From: a virus
Direction: 5' to 3' (one strand)
Virus record (IMG/VR): IMGVR_UViG_3300037010_002425
Location: 5,203-69,202 of that record
DNA length: 64,000 nt
Under the pieces are notes generated by a model. That model was not told where the DNA came from and made no database searches. It saw only the letters and a list, made by a program, of their open reading frames with translations. The position numbers and the translations under genes are program-made. Shown here piece by piece: positions 16,910 through 25,317 of the stretch (the first letter of the stretch is position 1; each line of letters opens with the position of its first letter).

Positions 16910-17724
16910 AGCTTGCCGGCCAGCCGTTGGAGGAAGCTGCGGGCAACCCTCTTCGCCTGCACGAAGGCGTCTCGCTGTTTGGCGATAATAACGACTTCCT
17001 TGAATGCCTTCAGAAGCCGGCGGTTCTCTCGAAAAGCCCGGTTCGCGTTTTTAGCAAGCTCGGCGTACGCCAGGCCGTCGATATCAAGCTCCTTCCGCAA
17101 CTGCTCGATCGTGGCCTGGTAGGTCTTCGCCTGTTCCTCGGCGCGCTTAGTGTTAAACGCGAGTCGCGAGGTCGACTCGGCTACGTGCGCGTGGCACGCC
17201 TGGATAAGCTCGCTCATCGCGTGGAAGGCGATGTTCTCGTAGTCCCACAGGTAGTCGTCTGCGGCGTGGTCGTGGTCGGTGGTGGTGCGCGCTTCCAACA
17301 CGCGAAACAACACCTGCCGCTCGGCTTTAAAGGGAATTTTCTGGACGTACTGGCTGTAGGCGTGCGTGAGGTGCGAAACGCGCGCGTTGTTAGCGACGAC
17401 GACGATAACCCTACAGGGGTTCTTCGGCACGGGCGGAGGCTCTGCGGCTGCTGCCGCGATTTCTGCGCAGAGCGCCTCGTCTGCGTCTACGGAATAGCCG
17501 TCGCCGGGCACTCGTGCCCCTCCCTGCCAGCGGCGAGCGAGCAGGAAAGCTCGCATAGTCGGGTAGTTTTCCGAGAGGATTTTGAGAACCGAAGCCGTCT
17601 GCTCCTCAGTGCCCGTGTGAAACGCGTAGCTGCTGCCGAATTTCTTGGTGTAGGACGGCAGGGAAAGGAACCTGCTCAGGTGACTAAACGTGCCCGCTGC
17701 GCGGGTCTTTCGTAGTTCGCTCAT
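16906..17724 (-). CDS. Hypothetical protein
   Basis: ORF coupled (ATGA) to the polymerase stop; helical C-terminus. Confidence 0.6.
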   Translation of the reverse strand: MSELRKTRAAGTFSHLSRFLSLPSYTKKFGSSYAFHTGTEEQTASVLKILSENYPTMRAFLLARRWQGGARVPGDGYSVDADEALCAEIAAAAAEPPPVPKNPCRVIVVVANNARVSHLTHAYSQYVQKIPFKAERQVLFRVLEARTTTDHDHAADDYLWDYENIAFHAMSELIQACHAHVAESTSRLAFNTKRAEEQAKTYQATIEQLRKELDIDGLAYAELAKNANRAFRENRRLLKAFKEVVIIAKQRDAFVQAKRVARSFLQRLAGKL

Positions 17725-19865
17725 TTTGCATCGCTCCAGCATGGGCCAGCTTTAATGGATACCGGCATCGGAACGCGCAGCTCGCGGGCAAACGGGCGCT
17801 CCATGATGGCCTTCGTGCGCGCCATGACGGCGTGTCGGTGGATAATGGGACAGTGTTGGATAAGCTCGTCGTGCACCTGCATAATCAGGCGGCTCTTCGA
17901 TTCGACGATGACGGGGTCACGATCGATGAGAAGGGACGAGCGCGAGGTCATGTCGGCCGCAGAGCCCTGAATGACACCGTTAATCAGGCGTCGTTCGTGC
18001 TCGCCGCGAAGGGAGCGGTTGTTCGACTTGAGCTTCTTCATGTCCGCGTGCTGAACGCGGCCAGAAAGCGTGCGCAAGAAGCCGCGGCTAGAAGCTTGCT
18101 GAAGGATGCTGTCCATCCAGGGACGGACGCGGGAGTAGCCGCTGAACCAGCCGTCAATCATCTTCTGCGCTTCGCGCTCGCTGAGATTCAGCTGTTCGCC
18201 GAGCTTTGCAGCACCGACGCCGTAGATGATTTCGAAGTTTAGCGTCTTCGCCTTCTTGCGCTCGTCCGGAAAGTGTTCCGAGATCCACGTAAGGGCTTCG
18301 GTCGTTAGAGAGCCAAACTTGCGCTTTGCGTCGCTCTGGATGGCCGGGAAGATGTTCCAAGTAGTGAGCGAGTGCATGTCCCACCCGTTCTGAAACATCT
18401 CGATGAGCCGCGGGTCGCGCGTGAAGTGTGCGAGCAGGCGGTATTCGAGTTGCGAAAAGTCGGAGACAACGAGACAGAAACCCTCTTCAGCCATAAAGGC
18501 GTCGCGGATGTCGTAGATGTCTTTATCGCCGGTCGTGATGTTTTGCAGGTTCGGCTGGGAGGCGCTGTACCGGCCCGACGTGGTGCCGATCTGGTTCAGA
18601 CGGCCATGCACGCGCCCGTGGCGGATGCTGTTGTGCAGCCCGACGAGGTACGTGTTGTACTGTTTGTTGCTTCGCGCCCAGTTAGTAACGGAGCGCAGGC
18701 CCTTTTGGTCCACCTCGTCGAGAAGCTTACGCTGCTCCAGATGACGGGCGAGTTCGGCGATAGCAGAGGCGCCCGTCGAAGGCTGCCCCGTTTCCGTCGT
18801 CGAGAGAATCGGCCATCCCTTGCCGTGGATAACGAATTCCACCTTCTTCGCCTTCGGGGTCTTGCGAATCTCGAACGAGCCTTGCCCGTAGTAGAATTGG
18901 GCGAGCTGCTTAGGAGAGTTGACGTTAATCGGACACCCTGCCCAACGCGCAATCTCTGCAGCGTATCGCTCCAAGTCGGCCTCAGCGACCTTCTGCTTTT
19001 CCTTGAGCAGAGCGCCGTCGATGGGCATCCCGTGCCTCTCCATTCGCCAGATAGTGTCCGTCTCCGGGCACTTCCACGCGTAGAAGAAGTCGAGCATGGT
19101 TTTGTTCTCGATCCACGCTTCCTTCCGAAGCTCGCCGGCGTAGTAGTCGAGGAGCAAAAGCCCGTCGATAGCGTCAGCAACGGCGTAGTCGATCAGGGTA
19201 TACCAGCGATACGCGGGGCTGCTCGCGTCGGGGAGCTGTCCGCGCTTCGGGAGCGACATAATGACAAGCTCGCCCCAGTCGTCCGTCGGGCAAGGGATAC
19301 CCTCCGTGTAGGCGTCCAGAAGCGGCACAATCAGCTGCTTCGAGGCGCTCGGCGTGCCGTCCTTTTTGAGCTTCGGGCTGCCGAAGGTCTTGTTGTACGA
19401 CTTGCGCTCAATCCCGAGGTGGTCGAATGCGCATTCCTTCAGGCCGTGCGCGTTCTCGCGGTTCTCGTCCAGCAGATGGTCCATTACCATCGTGTCGATG
19501 TTGTGGTTCTCGGTCCGGATGCCCGCGTTCGCGAGCACGTGCCGGTCGACGGGAACGTTGTGCGAGGTCTTAGAGTGCGGACCCGCGAAGAACGGGCGAA
19601 GCTCCAACAGGTTCCCGTCGCTCTGGCCGTGATTGTGAACGTAGGCCGAGCAAAGCTCGTCGTCCTCCCACCAAGCCAGCGTCGCGCAGAACGGAAGCCC
19701 GTTGTGGACGGGCGTCATATCCTTGTCCCACGCGTACCATTCGGTGTCCACCGAGACGACGTTCGTTAGAGGAAGAGAGAGCAGCCGCTTGTTAAGCGAG
19801 CGTGCTCCCTCCCTCGTGAGAACGATCTCGATGGGCCGCGGGAGGTATTCTTCCCGCGAGCCCAT
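17721..19865 (-). CDS. polA: Family A DNA polymerase with 3'-5' exonuclease, no 5'-3' exonuclease
   Basis: Exo motifs VDTE, HN..VD, YAVAD; TSGRYSASQPNLQNI; motif A SDFSQLEYR; motif B RKKAKTLNFEIIYG; motif C QVHDEL. Confidence 0.95.
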   Translation of the reverse strand: MGSREEYLPRPIEIVLTREGARSLNKRLLSLPLTNVVSVDTEWYAWDKDMTPVHNGLPFCATLAWWEDDELCSAYVHNHGQSDGNLLELRPFFAGPHSKTSHNVPVDRHVLANAGIRTENHNIDTMVMDHLLDENRENAHGLKECAFDHLGIERKSYNKTFGSPKLKKDGTPSASKQLIVPLLDAYTEGIPCPTDDWGELVIMSLPKRGQLPDASSPAYRWYTLIDYAVADAIDGLLLLDYYAGELRKEAWIENKTMLDFFYAWKCPETDTIWRMERHGMPIDGALLKEKQKVAEADLERYAAEIARWAGCPINVNSPKQLAQFYYGQGSFEIRKTPKAKKVEFVIHGKGWPILSTTETGQPSTGASAIAELARHLEQRKLLDEVDQKGLRSVTNWARSNKQYNTYLVGLHNSIRHGRVHGRLNQIGTTSGRYSASQPNLQNITTGDKDIYDIRDAFMAEEGFCLVVSDFSQLEYRLLAHFTRDPRLIEMFQNGWDMHSLTTWNIFPAIQSDAKRKFGSLTTEALTWISEHFPDERKKAKTLNFEIIYGVGAAKLGEQLNLSEREAQKMIDGWFSGYSRVRPWMDSILQQASSRGFLRTLSGRVQHADMKKLKSNNRSLRGEHERRLINGVIQGSAADMTSRSSLLIDRDPVIVESKSRLIMQVHDELIQHCPIIHRHAVMARTKAIMERPFARELRVPMPVSIKAGPCWSDAK

Positions 19866-21076
19866 TAGCGAATACCTCGCTTCAGAAACGACGGCTTCCC
19901 GGGCGTAGCGGGCTTGCCGAGGGGCTTCCCGATGGGTTTGCCGAGAGGCTTTTTACCGGGCGAGGAGGCGGGCTTCTTCACGAAGAGGTCCTCGAAATCT
20001 TCCTCCGTTGCGGCCGTGTCCTCCTCCTCAACGCCCACCGGCTCGTCTTCATCGTCATCCGTGACGGCGCCGTGCTTGGTGTCTTTCCCGCGGAACGGGT
20101 CGGGCACGTTGAGAGAGCGCGCCTGCTCGTGCGTCGGCTTGGGCTTCACCTGCCCCTCCTCGTCCATCTTCTCGCGTCGCTCCGCAGCTGCGGCCTTGTC
20201 CTCGTCCGAGGCCGGCTTGGGCGGGAGTTTGAAGTCGAACGAGTAGGTGGTGTCAGTGCCACCGCCAACGCGCGTAACCAGCCAGGCGAAGTCATCGATG
20301 CTGCAACGCACAGGGTTGTCGCAGTTAGAGCACTCGATGTCCTCCAGAGGCGGGAGGGTGTTTTTGCAGGCTCGGCATTTCGCCGTGAGGGCGCCGCTGT
20401 CCGGGTCGAAGTTAACGGGCTTGCCGCAGCCCTTCTTCCCGCATCGGTATTGCGTAATGACAATCGTCCCGTTGCCGTCGTCCACGGCGCAGCACGAGCG
20501 GCAGAACATGCCGATCACCTCCTTCTTCGCGACGAGGCTATCCGCGTGCCCCGCAGACAGCTCCCACCAGCGAAAGCCGTCCTTCTCTCGCGGGACGCCG
20601 TTGGTGCAGTGCCGGCACGGTTTCGCCGGACGGCTACAGGGGACGTACTTCGTTTCCTTGTACGCGTTGCTGTCGTATTCGCCGTTTTTGTTCTTCTGCG
20701 CGCCGTGCTTGAGAACGCGCACCTTCTCGTCGAGCTTGTGAATGAGCTTCTGATTCTCGACGAAGAAAAGAGCGCGGTCGCTCGTCGAGATCGTCTTGGG
20801 ATTGCTCTTCACGAAGTCGCAGTAAACGCAGGGCTGGCCGGTGTTAGCGCCGCAGTTTTGGTATTGCTGCGAACCCTGCAGGCGCTTGACGTAGTGGTTA
20901 CGGTAGATGGTGGGAGTGTCTGCCTTTGGACCGTCGAAGATTCCGTAGAAACGAAGAACGGTCGATTCCCCGTCAGACAGACGCAACGGGTAATTCCCGC
21001 CGCCGCTGCCCTCTTGGCGCTGTTTGCTTTCCTCGGTTGCCTCTCGCATCGCTGCGAATCCGCGTCGTAGAGCCAT
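19865..21076 (-). CDS. Putative gp32-like single-stranded DNA-binding protein with Cys-rich insertions
   Basis: LRLSDGES..LRF, HYV...C...CVYC, VTRVGGGTDTTYSF, acidic tail; lies between primase and polymerase. Confidence 0.65.
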   Translation of the reverse strand: MALRRGFAAMREATEESKQRQEGSGGGNYPLRLSDGESTVLRFYGIFDGPKADTPTIYRNHYVKRLQGSQQYQNCGANTGQPCVYCDFVKSNPKTISTSDRALFFVENQKLIHKLDEKVRVLKHGAQKNKNGEYDSNAYKETKYVPCSRPAKPCRHCTNGVPREKDGFRWWELSAGHADSLVAKKEVIGMFCRSCCAVDDGNGTIVITQYRCGKKGCGKPVNFDPDSGALTAKCRACKNTLPPLEDIECSNCDNPVRCSIDDFAWLVTRVGGGTDTTYSFDFKLPPKPASDEDKAAAAERREKMDEEGQVKPKPTHEQARSLNVPDPFRGKDTKHGAVTDDDEDEPVGVEEEDTAATEEDFEDLFVKKPASSPGKKPLGKPIGKPLGKPATPGKPSFLKRGIR

Positions 21077-21082
21077 GATTGA

Positions 21083-22099
21083 TTACCTCTTTTTCTTTTT
21101 CCAGAGCGCTGCTTTGAGCGCTTCCTGCTGAATAATGTAGCGCTCGGAGAATGGCAATAGAGTCCTATTGCTGCCCAGAATCCACCGGTGCCACGGGACG
21201 TAGGTGATTCCCGCTCTAGCCTGCAGGTCGCCGGGGTCTTTCCCCGGGTATTGCATTACCAACAGCCGCTTCCCGCGTCCGCTCAGCTCTTTAATGGCAA
21301 GCCGGGTTGCCTTCTCCCCGGCCTCGTCGTTATCGAACGCAAGCACGACCTCGTCTGCGTTAACGAGATCAGCCTGCTCGCGAGAGAGTGCCGATCCCAT
21401 GATGGCCGCAGCGGGGAAGCCGAGCTGCCGCATTCTCACCGCGTCTAGCTGCCCTTCTACGAGGTAGATGCGCCGCTCTTTCCGAATGAGATGCAGCCCG
21501 TACAGGTGCAGCGCTTTCGAGAAGTTATCGTGCCAGTACTTGGCCGGCTGTGTGTCGTCATCTTCGTAGTCGATTCGGTACGTGATTCCGACGAGACGGC
21601 CCTCCACGTTTCTAACCGGGAGGACAATCTTCGAACGAGTCTCGTCGTAGCCGATGTCGAACAGGCGGATGCTCTTTTTGGAGAAGCCGCGGTTTAGAAG
21701 ATACCGAGGGTACAGGCCGAGATACGGCACGATGTCCGCTTCCCGCAGAAAGCCCTTTTCGGCCTGCCCCGTGTGTTTCGCAAGCTTGTCGGTGACAGCC
21801 TGCATCGAATAGAACACCGGCAGGGTTTCCCCTGCCAGCGCCTCTCGTGCCTGCGCAAGCGACAGGTTCTTCAGGTGGGCGTAAAGCTCCGTCATGCCTC
21901 CGCTAGCTTCGCACTTGAAGCATCGGAAGAAGCCAGAGCGCCCAATAGAAAACGTCGTGCGGTTATCGCCGCCGTGGTAGGGACAAGCAGCTCGGAAGCG
22001 TTCGTCGCTTTCCTTCCACACGCTAAAGTCGGCGAGGAGAACCTCGATTAATGGCGAGAAGTCTCTCCGCTTCTTGGGAGCTTCCTTCCCTCCGCTCAT
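21083..22099 (-). CDS. dnaG: DNA primase (CHC2 zinc finger + TOPRIM)
   Basis: ACPYH...FRCFKC; LVEGQLD; AFDNDEAG; KDPGD. Confidence 0.92.
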   Translation of the reverse strand: MSGGKEAPKKRRDFSPLIEVLLADFSVWKESDERFRAACPYHGGDNRTTFSIGRSGFFRCFKCEASGGMTELYAHLKNLSLAQAREALAGETLPVFYSMQAVTDKLAKHTGQAEKGFLREADIVPYLGLYPRYLLNRGFSKKSIRLFDIGYDETRSKIVLPVRNVEGRLVGITYRIDYEDDDTQPAKYWHDNFSKALHLYGLHLIRKERRIYLVEGQLDAVRMRQLGFPAAAIMGSALSREQADLVNADEVVLAFDNDEAGEKATRLAIKELSGRGKRLLVMQYPGKDPGDLQARAGITYVPWHRWILGSNRTLLPFSERYIIQQEALKAALWKKKKR

Positions 22100-23598
22100 G
22101 CTGCGAGCTTTCGAGGAGGCTTACCGGGAGGAAGCCGCGTAATGTTCGTCTTTCCCGGAAACTTTCCAGGAACGCTAGGGGGCTTTCCAGGTGGGGCGGC
22201 AGCCACCTTTCCAGGAATCTTGCCGGGAAGCTTTCCGGGGATTTTGCCAGGCACAGCGGCAGCCTGCTTTCCGGGCACCTTGCCAGGCACGGGCGCAGGA
22301 GCGTCGCCGCTCGGCATAATCGATTCGTCGTTAGCGGCCGTATCGATCTCCTCCTCGTCGTCGGTGAGGGGAATCTGCTCCACCTGCTCCATGTTCGAGC
22401 AGAGGTGCATGTTAACGGCGTAGTAGGCCGGCTCACCTTCTCGCAGTGCGCTAGTGAAGTGCTTCACTCTCCGCTGACGCTTGTCTTCGATGTCCGCCGT
22501 CACGCGGATAGCGCAGTGGCAGTCCTGGGCAAACGAGTCACCGTAGCCGAAGTCATTAGCCTCGCCAGGCCCGCCCTTCTTTTTGCCCTTTTCGCCCTGA
22601 GAGCGGTTCTGTTGCGTCGTCCCGATCATGAGACGCTGCGAGGTCTGGGCGAATTGCGCCAACCCTCTAGTGATGACGGCAATCTCTTTCCAGTCCTCGC
22701 CGAGGAAGTAGAGCCCGTCAACGAACACGATATGGGCACCGTGTTCGTCTGCTTTAGCGGCCAGCTCCGACAGTGCCGAGGCGCCGGTAGAAGAAAGCCG
22801 GTCGAATACGATGCGGTCCTGGTTCTCGAACTCTTCGAGCGCCGCGTAGAAGCGCGCCTCTTGCTCAGCGTCGAGCCGGCCGCGCTGATAGAGTTTGTAA
22901 TCGATATTCGCCTGCAGCGCGATGTATCGGCGACAGAGTTCCTGCGGAAGCATTTCCTGCGAGATAACCAGCGCGCGACAGCTAGGGTCCGCGTTAGTCA
23001 TATGCTGGATGCTCTTCAGAGCGCTCCACGTCTTGCCGACTTTCGGTCGACCGTAGAACAGGACGAAGTGCCCGTTCTGTCCGCCCATAGTGGCCCCATT
23101 AAGAGCCGCCCAAGGCCACGGCCTTCCTTTCAGCCCCGTGCGTCCCTCTTTCATCGCCTGATACTCGACGCGCATCTGCGGGATGAGGCTGCCCACCGTC
23201 GCCGAGGTCGCGTCATCCGAGAAGCGTTGCGAGAGTGTAATGGCGGACGCTCTAAGAAGGTCGAGTCCCTTCTGTGGATCGGCATCCGATTCCTCCACGA
23301 TGGCACTCATCGCCTCAGCCAGGTCGGAGTAGAGTTTTTGCGCTCTAATCTTTTCCAATAGAGCAGGAAGGGGGTCTTCCATTCGCTCAGGCTGAAAGTC
23401 TTCGAAGTCGTGGCTGAACATCTTCCAGCTCGGAACTTCACCGTGCTCCGGATTGTTAAAGCAAGAGAGCAGGTAGATGTATGCCGCTCTGGCAGTGCTG
23501 TCAGAGAAGAATTCAGGGGTGATCTTCTTCTTCACAACCTCCCGGATTGCCTTCTCGTCGATGATCTTCGTGATAATGGCATTTTCAAACGAACCCAT
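22096..23598 (-). CDS. dnaB: DnaB-like replicative helicase with PGK-repeat tail
   Basis: GRPKVGKT, SQEM, VFVDGLY, QQNR, DSFAQD; start set at MGSFEN because the track's upstream extension is the palindromic spacer. Confidence 0.88.
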   Translation of the reverse strand: MGSFENAIITKIIDEKAIREVVKKKITPEFFSDSTARAAYIYLLSCFNNPEHGEVPSWKMFSHDFEDFQPERMEDPLPALLEKIRAQKLYSDLAEAMSAIVEESDADPQKGLDLLRASAITLSQRFSDDATSATVGSLIPQMRVEYQAMKEGRTGLKGRPWPWAALNGATMGGQNGHFVLFYGRPKVGKTWSALKSIQHMTNADPSCRALVISQEMLPQELCRRYIALQANIDYKLYQRGRLDAEQEARFYAALEEFENQDRIVFDRLSSTGASALSELAAKADEHGAHIVFVDGLYFLGEDWKEIAVITRGLAQFAQTSQRLMIGTTQQNRSQGEKGKKKGGPGEANDFGYGDSFAQDCHCAIRVTADIEDKRQRRVKHFTSALREGEPAYYAVNMHLCSNMEQVEQIPLTDDEEEIDTAANDESIMPSGDAPAPVPGKVPGKQAAAVPGKIPGKLPGKIPGKVAAAPPGKPPSVPGKFPGKTNITRLPPGKPPRKLAA

Positions 23599-23640
23599 TG
23601 AATTTCCTCTAGTTAGCTCAGGTCTTGCGTTTCCGTACCG

Positions 23641-23767
23641 CCTCGCGTACGCGCAGGCATACGCGCACGTACCCGTGTGTGTGCGCTCGCGTGCGGGTGC
23701 GCGTGTGCGCAATATCCCGAAGGGATATATCGTGCGCGTACGTGTACGGGTGCGTATGCGCGCGAGG
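23641..23767. repeat. Imperfect palindrome of alternating purine-pyrimidine DNA with a central hairpin; candidate replication origin
   Basis: Starts CCTCGCG and ends CGCGAGG; (CG/CA/TG)n runs; perfect ATATCCC-GAA-GGGATAT at 23712..23728; intergenic upstream of dnaB. Confidence 0.6.
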
Positions 23768-23781
23768 TCCGGGATCAGTTT

Positions 23782-23870
23782 TTAATGGACCGGAAAAGCG
23801 TCTCGTCGTCGCTGACAGGCTACAGTAGCTCGGCGGGATGCCGAAAAAGAAGAGAGACGCTTTCCATTAA
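23782..23870. other. Multi-hairpin structured element
   Basis: Outer arms AAAGCGTCTC / GAGACGCTTT and TTAATGGA / TCCATTAA enclosing three short hairpins. Confidence 0.45.
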
Positions 23871-23878
23871 CGAATCCA

Positions 23879-24241
23879 TTAATCGCCGAAAAACGAGGTC
23901 ACCATGCCGGAAAGTTCTTCGAGCTTCGCGGTGACAATCTTCTCGGAGATGGCGAGCGCCTTGTCCGTTCCCTTCCGGGTCGGCGGATGCGGCAGCCCGA
24001 CGTGGACTTCGAGCCTAACCGCCTTGAACGAACGTTCCGGTCCTGGAATGGTTAGCCCGATGCTAATGCCAGAGAAGCCGTTGCCGGTCTCCTCGATGGG
24101 CACCTCTTCGTGGCTCTCGGAGGCGACGCGGGGAGGTTTGGCGTGTCGGCCGTTCTCGCTCACAACAGCGATGGCCTTTACCGAGGCGTGATTAGAGCTT
24201 CTAGCGCCTTTTGGCGCGGGAGGGGTCAGACGGAGCTTCAT
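23879..24241 (-). CDS. Hypothetical protein with MKLRL N-terminus
   Basis: 120-aa ORF with AGGAAGG upstream. Confidence 0.6.
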   Translation of the reverse strand: MKLRLTPPAPKGARSSNHASVKAIAVVSENGRHAKPPRVASESHEEVPIEETGNGFSGISIGLTIPGPERSFKAVRLEVHVGLPHPPTRKGTDKALAISEKIVTAKLEELSGMVTSFFGD

Positions 24242-24268
24242 GGTGGTAAACGGCCTTCCTGGAGCCTC

Positions 24269-24766
24269 TCAGCCCTTCTTGACGGAAACGCTTACGTGCT
24301 TGAAGGCGGGAGCGCGGTAGGCGGCGAGCACCTTCGCACGGTCTTCGCTAGTGAGCTTGCTGTCCCGAAGCATCCCCTCCACGCGCTCCGTGTCTACCTC
24401 GATAGCGGCAGCCACGAGGACGTTCTGCGGAAGTTGCTCGGGCACGTAGTAGGGGGCGCAGTGGACGTAGGTAGCGACGACGGACATTCCGCCGACCTTT
24501 GCGAAGCAGAACGAGCGCGAGCCGCTTTCGAGGAAGTCCGGTGCCTCTTTAACGTTCAGAATCGCCTTCAGGTGCTGCCGCTCGTTCTCGATGGCAGCCT
24601 CAATGCGGTCCATCTCCTCGAACGCCTTCGCGTGCTTTGCGCGGAGAGCAGACTTCTCGACTTCGAGATTCACGATAGAGCGGAGGTGGCCTTCACTCAG
24701 CCCCTTGAGGTTGTCAACGCGGGTGAGCTTGTTCGGGGAAGCGGCGGTCTTTCTCTTGGCGAGCAT
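24269..24766 (-). CDS. Hypothetical coiled-coil protein
   Basis: Track 24269..24883; start MLAKRK chosen downstream of the terminator. Confidence 0.6.
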   Translation of the reverse strand: MLAKRKTAASPNKLTRVDNLKGLSEGHLRSIVNLEVEKSALRAKHAKAFEEMDRIEAAIENERQHLKAILNVKEAPDFLESGSRSFCFAKVGGMSVVATYVHCAPYYVPEQLPQNVLVAAAIEVDTERVEGMLRDSKLTSEDRAKVLAAYRAPAFKHVSVSVKKG

Positions 24767-24845
24767 TAATCGTGCTTTCTTTCTCCCTCGCTGCGAGGGG
24801 CTAAGAATCCTAGGTGAGAAGAGGGAAATAGTCAGTAGCCGCCCC

Positions 24846-24876
24846 AAAAGAAAAAGCCCCTCCGAAAGAGAGGGGC
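24846..24876 (-). terminator. Intrinsic terminator
   Basis: GCCCCTC / GAGGGGC stem followed by TTTTTCTTTT on the minus strand. Confidence 0.75.
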
Positions 24877-24943
24877 CTTCCATTAGAGATTCGATTAGAA
24901 GCCGCTACCGCAGTCGCCGTCGTTGCTAGCCTTCTCCTGCTCT

Positions 24944-25198
24944 TTACTCCCGCGCCGAGGGGAGCAGGGGCCGCTTATCGAATTGGCGTGCGGCGAACAG
25001 CCCGTCAAGGAAGTCCTGCGTGCACTCGTCGTCGCTAAGGTGGGTAATGACGGAGCCCTTATCGTGGTAGGTCGCTTCCAGGATGGGCGAGCGGCCGAAG
25101 AAGCCTCGGACGAAACCCGTTGCGTAGTTCCGGTCCCGTCCCTTGAGCAGCTCGGCGGCCTCTTCGGCGGCGTATTCTTTTTCGTTGTCAGATTCCAT
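24944..25198 (-). CDS. Hypothetical protein
   Basis: Probable start MESDNE with AAGGTG upstream. Confidence 0.5.
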   Translation of the reverse strand: MESDNEKEYAAEEAAELLKGRDRNYATGFVRGFFGRSPILEATYHDKGSVITHLSDDECTQDFLDGLFAARQFDKRPLLPSARE

Positions 25199-25317
25199 TA
25201 GATTCACCTTGGAGAGGTTAGTGATTTTGAAAAGTGGAAAGCGGGTAGGCCGTCCGGAGGCAGCCTCGACGTAGGTCGGAATGCAGATAGACGGTCCTCG
25301 GAGGTTAAAGGGCACGG

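Noticed and set aside
23598-23712. N-terminal extension of DnaB in the ORF track (MRTRAPARERTHTG...)
   Set aside because: It is the translation of the alternating purine-pyrimidine palindrome; GAGGA precedes the ATG at 23598
23796-23866. Possible tRNA (about 71 nt, paired ends, ends in CCA)
   Set aside because: No T-loop consensus and no 7-nt anticodon loop; kept only as a structured element
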